A DNA stretch of 64,000 nt from Candidatus Latescibacterota bacterium (GTDB taxonomy: Bacteria > Latescibacterota > UBA2968): NCBI GenBank assembly GCA_965208125.1, contig OZ242320.1:1856001-1920000 (forward strand), in the 5' to 3' direction. The position numbers and the translations under genes are program-made. The notes under the pieces are model-generated. The model made no database searches. It was given only the letters and a program-made list of their open reading frames with translations, and was not told the origin of the DNA. Numbering within the stretch: position 1 is the first letter of the stretch; each line of letters starts with the position of its first letter. This document shows positions 59,972 to 64,000 of this stretch, piece by piece.

Positions 59972-61225
59972 CTAAAGATCAGACATGGGAAAAGCCATAA
60001 CCTCGCCTATAGAAGACGCCCCAGTAAGCAACATAATGAGACGATCCACCCCAAGCGCAACACCGCCAGAAGGCGGCATCCCATATTCGAGAGCCGCAAG
60101 AAAACACTCATCAACGGGATACGCCGGATTTCCCTCTCTCACGCGCTGGGCGGCTTCCTCTTCCAAACGCTGGCGTTGCTCATCCGGATCGTTCAACTCT
60201 GTAAACGCATTGCACAGCTCCACCCCCGCAATATAAACCTCAAAACGCTCGGCCAGATCTGGCGCGCTGGACTTGCGTTTGGCAAGCGCCGCCATCGGCG
60301 CGGGATAATCGTACAAAATCGCGGGCTTCTGCACACCCAGATGGGCTTCAACCCGATCGAGAAAAACCTTGAAAAACGCGACATCTGGCGGATCGTTCTC
60401 ATCAACCGTCGCATGCCCCGCCTGCCTGATAAACGCAGCCGTCTCCAAATACGGATCAGCACGAATACCCGCGTAGCGCAACATCGCCTCCCGCACAGAA
60501 ATACGCTCCCACGGAGGCGTCAGATCAACCGCGTACTCATCCGTCCGCACAACAGGCTCTCCATATAAATCTGTCGCAAGTTCGGCAATCAAATACTCGG
60601 TATCCACCATAATATCGGTATAATCCGCGTACGCCCGATACCACTCCAGCATCGTAAACTCCGGCGTATGCATCCTGCCAACAGGCTCGTGCCGAAACAC
60701 CTTGCAAACCTGGTATATCCGTTCAAACCCAGCCGCCAGCAGGCGCTTCATCGCATACTCAGGCGACGTATGCAGATAAAACTGACGCATCTCATACATC
60801 GTCTGAAACGCCTCGAGATGCGGCTCCATACCCGGTTGCGGCACCATCAGAGGGGTCTCAACCTCAACAAAACCCCTCTCATCAAAAAAGCGGCGAATCG
60901 CCGAGATAATTTTGGCGCGCTTGCGTAAATTCGTCTGCACGCTCTGGCTTAAAGGCATCACGCCATCACGCGACGGCACCAGCACCCGCAGCCCCGCAAC
61001 GTGAAAAACATCGCCTTCAAAACGCCCCTCAACCTCCACAATATCTCCCACCTTCGCCCCGTGCGCGACGTTAAAACACAGACACACCGTCCCCGTCTCA
61101 TCGGAAAGCGAATCTCGACCAGCAAGCCGCCCGGCCAAAACCGCAAACGCACCCGACTGAAGATCACAGATCCGATGGGTACGCTTACACCGTGCGGGAT
61201 ATTGTGGAGATGGATATTCGCGCAT
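59972..61225 (-). CDS. epmA: EF-P lysine aminoacylase EpmA/GenX with N-terminal extension
   Basis: [46 protein letters not shown]...[19 protein letters not shown]. Confidence 0.92.
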   Translation of the reverse strand: MREYPSPQYPARCKRTHRICDLQSGAFAVLAGRLAGRDSLSDETGTVCLCFNVAHGAKVGDIVEVEGRFEGDVFHVAGLRVLVPSRDGVMPLSQSVQTNLRKRAKIISAIRRFFDERGFVEVETPLMVPQPGMEPHLEAFQTMYEMRQFYLHTSPEYAMKRLLAAGFERIYQVCKVFRHEPVGRMHTPEFTMLEWYRAYADYTDIMVDTEYLIAELATDLYGEPVVRTDEYAVDLTPPWERISVREAMLRYAGIRADPYLETAAFIRQAGHATVDENDPPDVAFFKVFLDRVEAHLGVQKPAILYDYPAPMAALAKRKSSAPDLAERFEVYIAGVELCNAFTELNDPDEQRQRLEEEAAQRVREGNPAYPVDECFLAALEYGMPPSGGVALGVDRLIMLLTGASSIGEVMAFPMSDL

Positions 61226-61290
61226 CTATATTGTCCTTGATTATATTATTAAAATCACACATCAATAAGCCATCAGTTCCCACATCAAGC

Positions 61291-61477
61291 AGAGCCATCA
61301 CGCACAGCGCGCAAGACCGACTTGCAACCACTCCAATGTACTCCCAAAAATTGAAGGCCACCTGCATTTGTGGAGTCACCATAAACGGTTTGCGCTGTGC
61401 CAGCCCCTCGGCGTTTGAGAGCGGCATTTTTTGCTTACTTTTTGTTGCTGCTGACAAAAAGTAAGTCGCCGAAGGCA
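61291..61477 (-). repeat. ~190-bp structured dispersed repeat, copy B
   Basis: Reverse-complement homologue of 12010-12196. Confidence 0.85.
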
Positions 61478-61584
61478 AAAAGATATAAAAAAACTCTATA
61501 CGTCATTATACCACAAAAAATGAATGATGCACACCCCTCATATATTATTGTTTTATTTGCCGCGCAAATTTGAAAGGACCCACC

Positions 61585-62430
61585 ATGCGACCGTACATCT
61601 GTTGTCACAACCACATCGGACGAACCATTAACCGCGCACCCACCGTCGGGCAAAACGCCCAGATGTGTTTATCCCGATTTGCCGAAACCGACATTTACGC
61701 AGCCATATCAATGCCAACAGCCGTGGGAAGCCCAATCACCCGGGGAATACAGGACATCCGGGAACAAAACGAAGCCATTGCCCGCGCGTGCAAAAAATTT
61801 CCCCACGTATTTCCCATTGGCATGGCACTCATCGAGCCGCGGTTTGGCGAACTCGGCATTGACGAAGCCGAAAAAGCCATGGACGACCTGGACCTCGTCG
61901 GAGTAGCTGGACATCCCCCGATGAAAGAAGAAATCCTCCCCATGGTAGAAGTCGCAGCCTCGCGAAACGGACTGTGCAACCTGCACTGGCACGACAGCTT
62001 GATGGACCGCACCGCCCGAACATTTCCAAACGCACAATTTATCGTACACGCCAGCACATGGGCTGCGGAAAACCTATCACAGCACGATAATCTCTGGTTC
62101 GAAGTCGTACAATACCCCGACGGACGGAACTCCACCTGGGACTTCAAATGGTTCGCCAACAAAGTCGGACGCGAGCGACTCATATTCGGCGCAGACCTCC
62201 CGTATTACGACTACCGCTTCCTCCAGCACACAATAGAAGAAGCCGACTGCGACGACGACTTAAAAGATCGAATCGCCCATCAAAATGTCATGACCCTGAT
62301 CAAACAATACAAACCGGACTGGACATTGCCGACGCAGCCGCCTCAAACGCCCCGTGTGTACAATCCGGAACACCTCTGGGCGTCCAACCCGGATCAGACA
62401 GATCGGTTGACCGTAGATATCTTGCCCTGA
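61585..62430 (+). CDS. Amidohydrolase-family (Amidohydro_2-like) protein
   Basis: N-terminal HNH, HP, LHW, IVHA, RLIFGADLPY; start at MRPYI. Confidence 0.8.
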   Translation: MRPYICCHNHIGRTINRAPTVGQNAQMCLSRFAETDIYAAISMPTAVGSPITRGIQDIREQNEAIARACKKFPHVFPIGMALIEPRFGELGIDEAEKAMDDLDLVGVAGHPPMKEEILPMVEVAASRNGLCNLHWHDSLMDRTARTFPNAQFIVHASTWAAENLSQHDNLWFEVVQYPDGRNSTWDFKWFANKVGRERLIFGADLPYYDYRFLQHTIEEADCDDDLKDRIAHQNVMTLIKQYKPDWTLPTQPPQTPRVYNPEHLWASNPDQTDRLTVDILP

Positions 62431-62439
62431 GGCACAAAA

Positions 62440-63819
62440 ATGACCCGTAAACGACCAAACATAATCGCATTTTTAACCGACGACCAGGGCTATGGCGATC
62501 TGGGAATCTATGGAAATCCGGACCTGGACACGCCCCACATAGACCGCATCGGCCAGGAAGGACTCTGCCTGAATCAGCACTACACCGCATCCCCAATCTG
62601 CGCGCCTGCCCGAGCCGCTTTTTTAACCGGACGCTACAACCACCGCGTAGGCGCATTGAGCGTAGAATCAAACCGGGGACTGGACCGAATCGCACTCGGA
62701 GAATCCACAATCGCGGATTTATTCAAAGCAAACGGCTATGCAACGGGAATGGTGGGAAAATGGCACAACGGACTACACGACATGCGGTATCATCCGAACA
62801 ACCGGGGATTCGATGAATTCGCTGGATTCTTAAACGGCGGAATGAATTACTGGAACTGGATCATCGAATACAACGGACAGCCAAAATGGTCAGACGGCCG
62901 GTATCTCACAGACGTATTCACGCAGGACGCCATCGAATTTATCGAACGGCACAAAACAGAACCGTTCTTTCTCTACATAGCCTATAACGCGCCGCACGGA
63001 CCCCTCGAAGCCCCAGAAGAAGACGTCCGACCCTTTGAAGAAATGGAAAAATTCACCCGCGCCGTATGCCTCACCTACGGAATGATCCGGCGCATAGACA
63101 CTGGAATCGGACAAATCCTGGACACACTCGAACAACACAGCCTGGCGGAAGATACGATAATCCTTTACACCAGCGACAACGGACCGGTCCACCTCGGCAA
63201 AGGAGAAAACGACCAGACCCGCTACAACGGGCCATTTCGGGGCATGAAATACGATGTACTCGAAGGCGGAATCCGCGTACCCGGTCTGATCCGCTGGCCC
63301 GCGGGCTTGCCCCAGGGCAAGACCTGTGACGGAATGCTACATTTTACAGACTGGATGCCCACCTTCTTAAACGCCTGCGGAATCGACATACAGACGCCCT
63401 CAGACGGGATGGATGTCATGCCCGCATTACAGGGTGAACCCCAAAAACTCCCGACCAAACGATACTGGCAATTCAACCGCTACGACCCCATCGGCACATG
63501 CAATGCCGCGATGCGAGATGGGGAATGGAAGCTCTACTGGCCCCGCATTGAAGAAGCCATGCAAAAACTCAAATCCGATGGTCCGCCTTTCCAGAAAAAT
63601 TTCGAAGTACCGCATTTTCTCATGAACGTAGAAAATCCATCCGTGGAACGGACACTATCACCGCCCGGCGACCCGGAACTCTACAATATTGAAAACGATC
63701 CGCACGAAAACAGCAACCTCGCCCAACAACAGCCAGACCGCGTACACCGCATGAAACGCGAACTGGAAACGTGGTTCGAAGCCGTAGAAACGGATCGGCG
63801 ACGCATCGCATCGTCATAA
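62440..63819 (+). CDS. Arylsulfatase (Cys-type)
   Basis: LTDDQGYGDL, CAPAR, GKWH, APHGP, SDNG, EGGIRVP. Confidence 0.95.
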   Translation: MTRKRPNIIAFLTDDQGYGDLGIYGNPDLDTPHIDRIGQEGLCLNQHYTASPICAPARAAFLTGRYNHRVGALSVESNRGLDRIALGESTIADLFKANGYATGMVGKWHNGLHDMRYHPNNRGFDEFAGFLNGGMNYWNWIIEYNGQPKWSDGRYLTDVFTQDAIEFIERHKTEPFFLYIAYNAPHGPLEAPEEDVRPFEEMEKFTRAVCLTYGMIRRIDTGIGQILDTLEQHSLAEDTIILYTSDNGPVHLGKGENDQTRYNGPFRGMKYDVLEGGIRVPGLIRWPAGLPQGKTCDGMLHFTDWMPTFLNACGIDIQTPSDGMDVMPALQGEPQKLPTKRYWQFNRYDPIGTCNAAMRDGEWKLYWPRIEEAMQKLKSDGPPFQKNFEVPHFLMNVENPSVERTLSPPGDPELYNIENDPHENSNLAQQQPDRVHRMKRELETWFEAVETDRRRIASS

Positions 63820-63834
63820 GTCGCAGAGTCGGGA

Positions 63835-63889
63835 AAAGGATTTCCCTCCTACGACTCGCTTACTGTTGGAGCGGCATCCCTGCCGCGAT
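63835..63889. repeat. Degenerate REP-like doublet
   Basis: aaaggatttccctcctac and ggagcggcatccctgccgcgat, shared with 5368-5455. Confidence 0.7.
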
Positions 63890-64000
63890 CACCCAATTTC
63901 GAGAACCTAATGCAAGATTGCTATATCTGATTAGTATCACAGATATAAACCTAAAATCGGTACAAATCTCAAGTTTAACTTGAAATATGTACCGATTTGC

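Noticed and set aside
59972-61225. lysS
   Set aside because: Catalytic motifs ([19 protein letters not shown]) are EpmA-type and the protein is shorter than LysRS.

Overview
Bacterial chromosomal window of mostly catabolic and housekeeping genes: three Cys-type sulfatases, lactonases, PhyH, ThuA, AKR, Gfo/Idh/MocA, C-N hydrolase, DUF1080, GH172, glgC, a TonB receptor, an NtrB/NtrC-type pair, nrdAB and epmA. The gene style suggests a sulfatase-rich heterotroph such as Latescibacterota or a relative (inference only). Two accessory conflict/defence islands interrupt this backbone. Island 1 (~10.8-17.0 kb) carries fic, a truncated SIR2 gene, an AlbA-ATPase-HTH gene, a zeta-like ATPase with a small partner, and a dual-OB + DUF488 + DUF488 triplet. 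Island 2 (~40.2-52.3 kb) is a tightly coupled six-gene DISARM class II-like operon: m5C methyltransferase, MIG-type T:G glycosylase, DrmE-like protein, NERD nuclease-SF1 helicase, DrmA, DrmB. It has no DrmC phospholipase D. Both islands lie between two inverted copies of the same short palindromic repeat family, as if cargo had been captured inside REP doublets. Other notable items are a Chlamydia-type class Ic (Mn/Fe) RNR beta subunit, a ~190-bp dispersed structured repeat with compensatory stem changes, a frameshifted M16 peptidase and an EpmA with an N-terminal extension. No rRNA, tRNA, CRISPR array, transposase or integrase was recognised. All calls come from reading motifs by eye; no database search was run.
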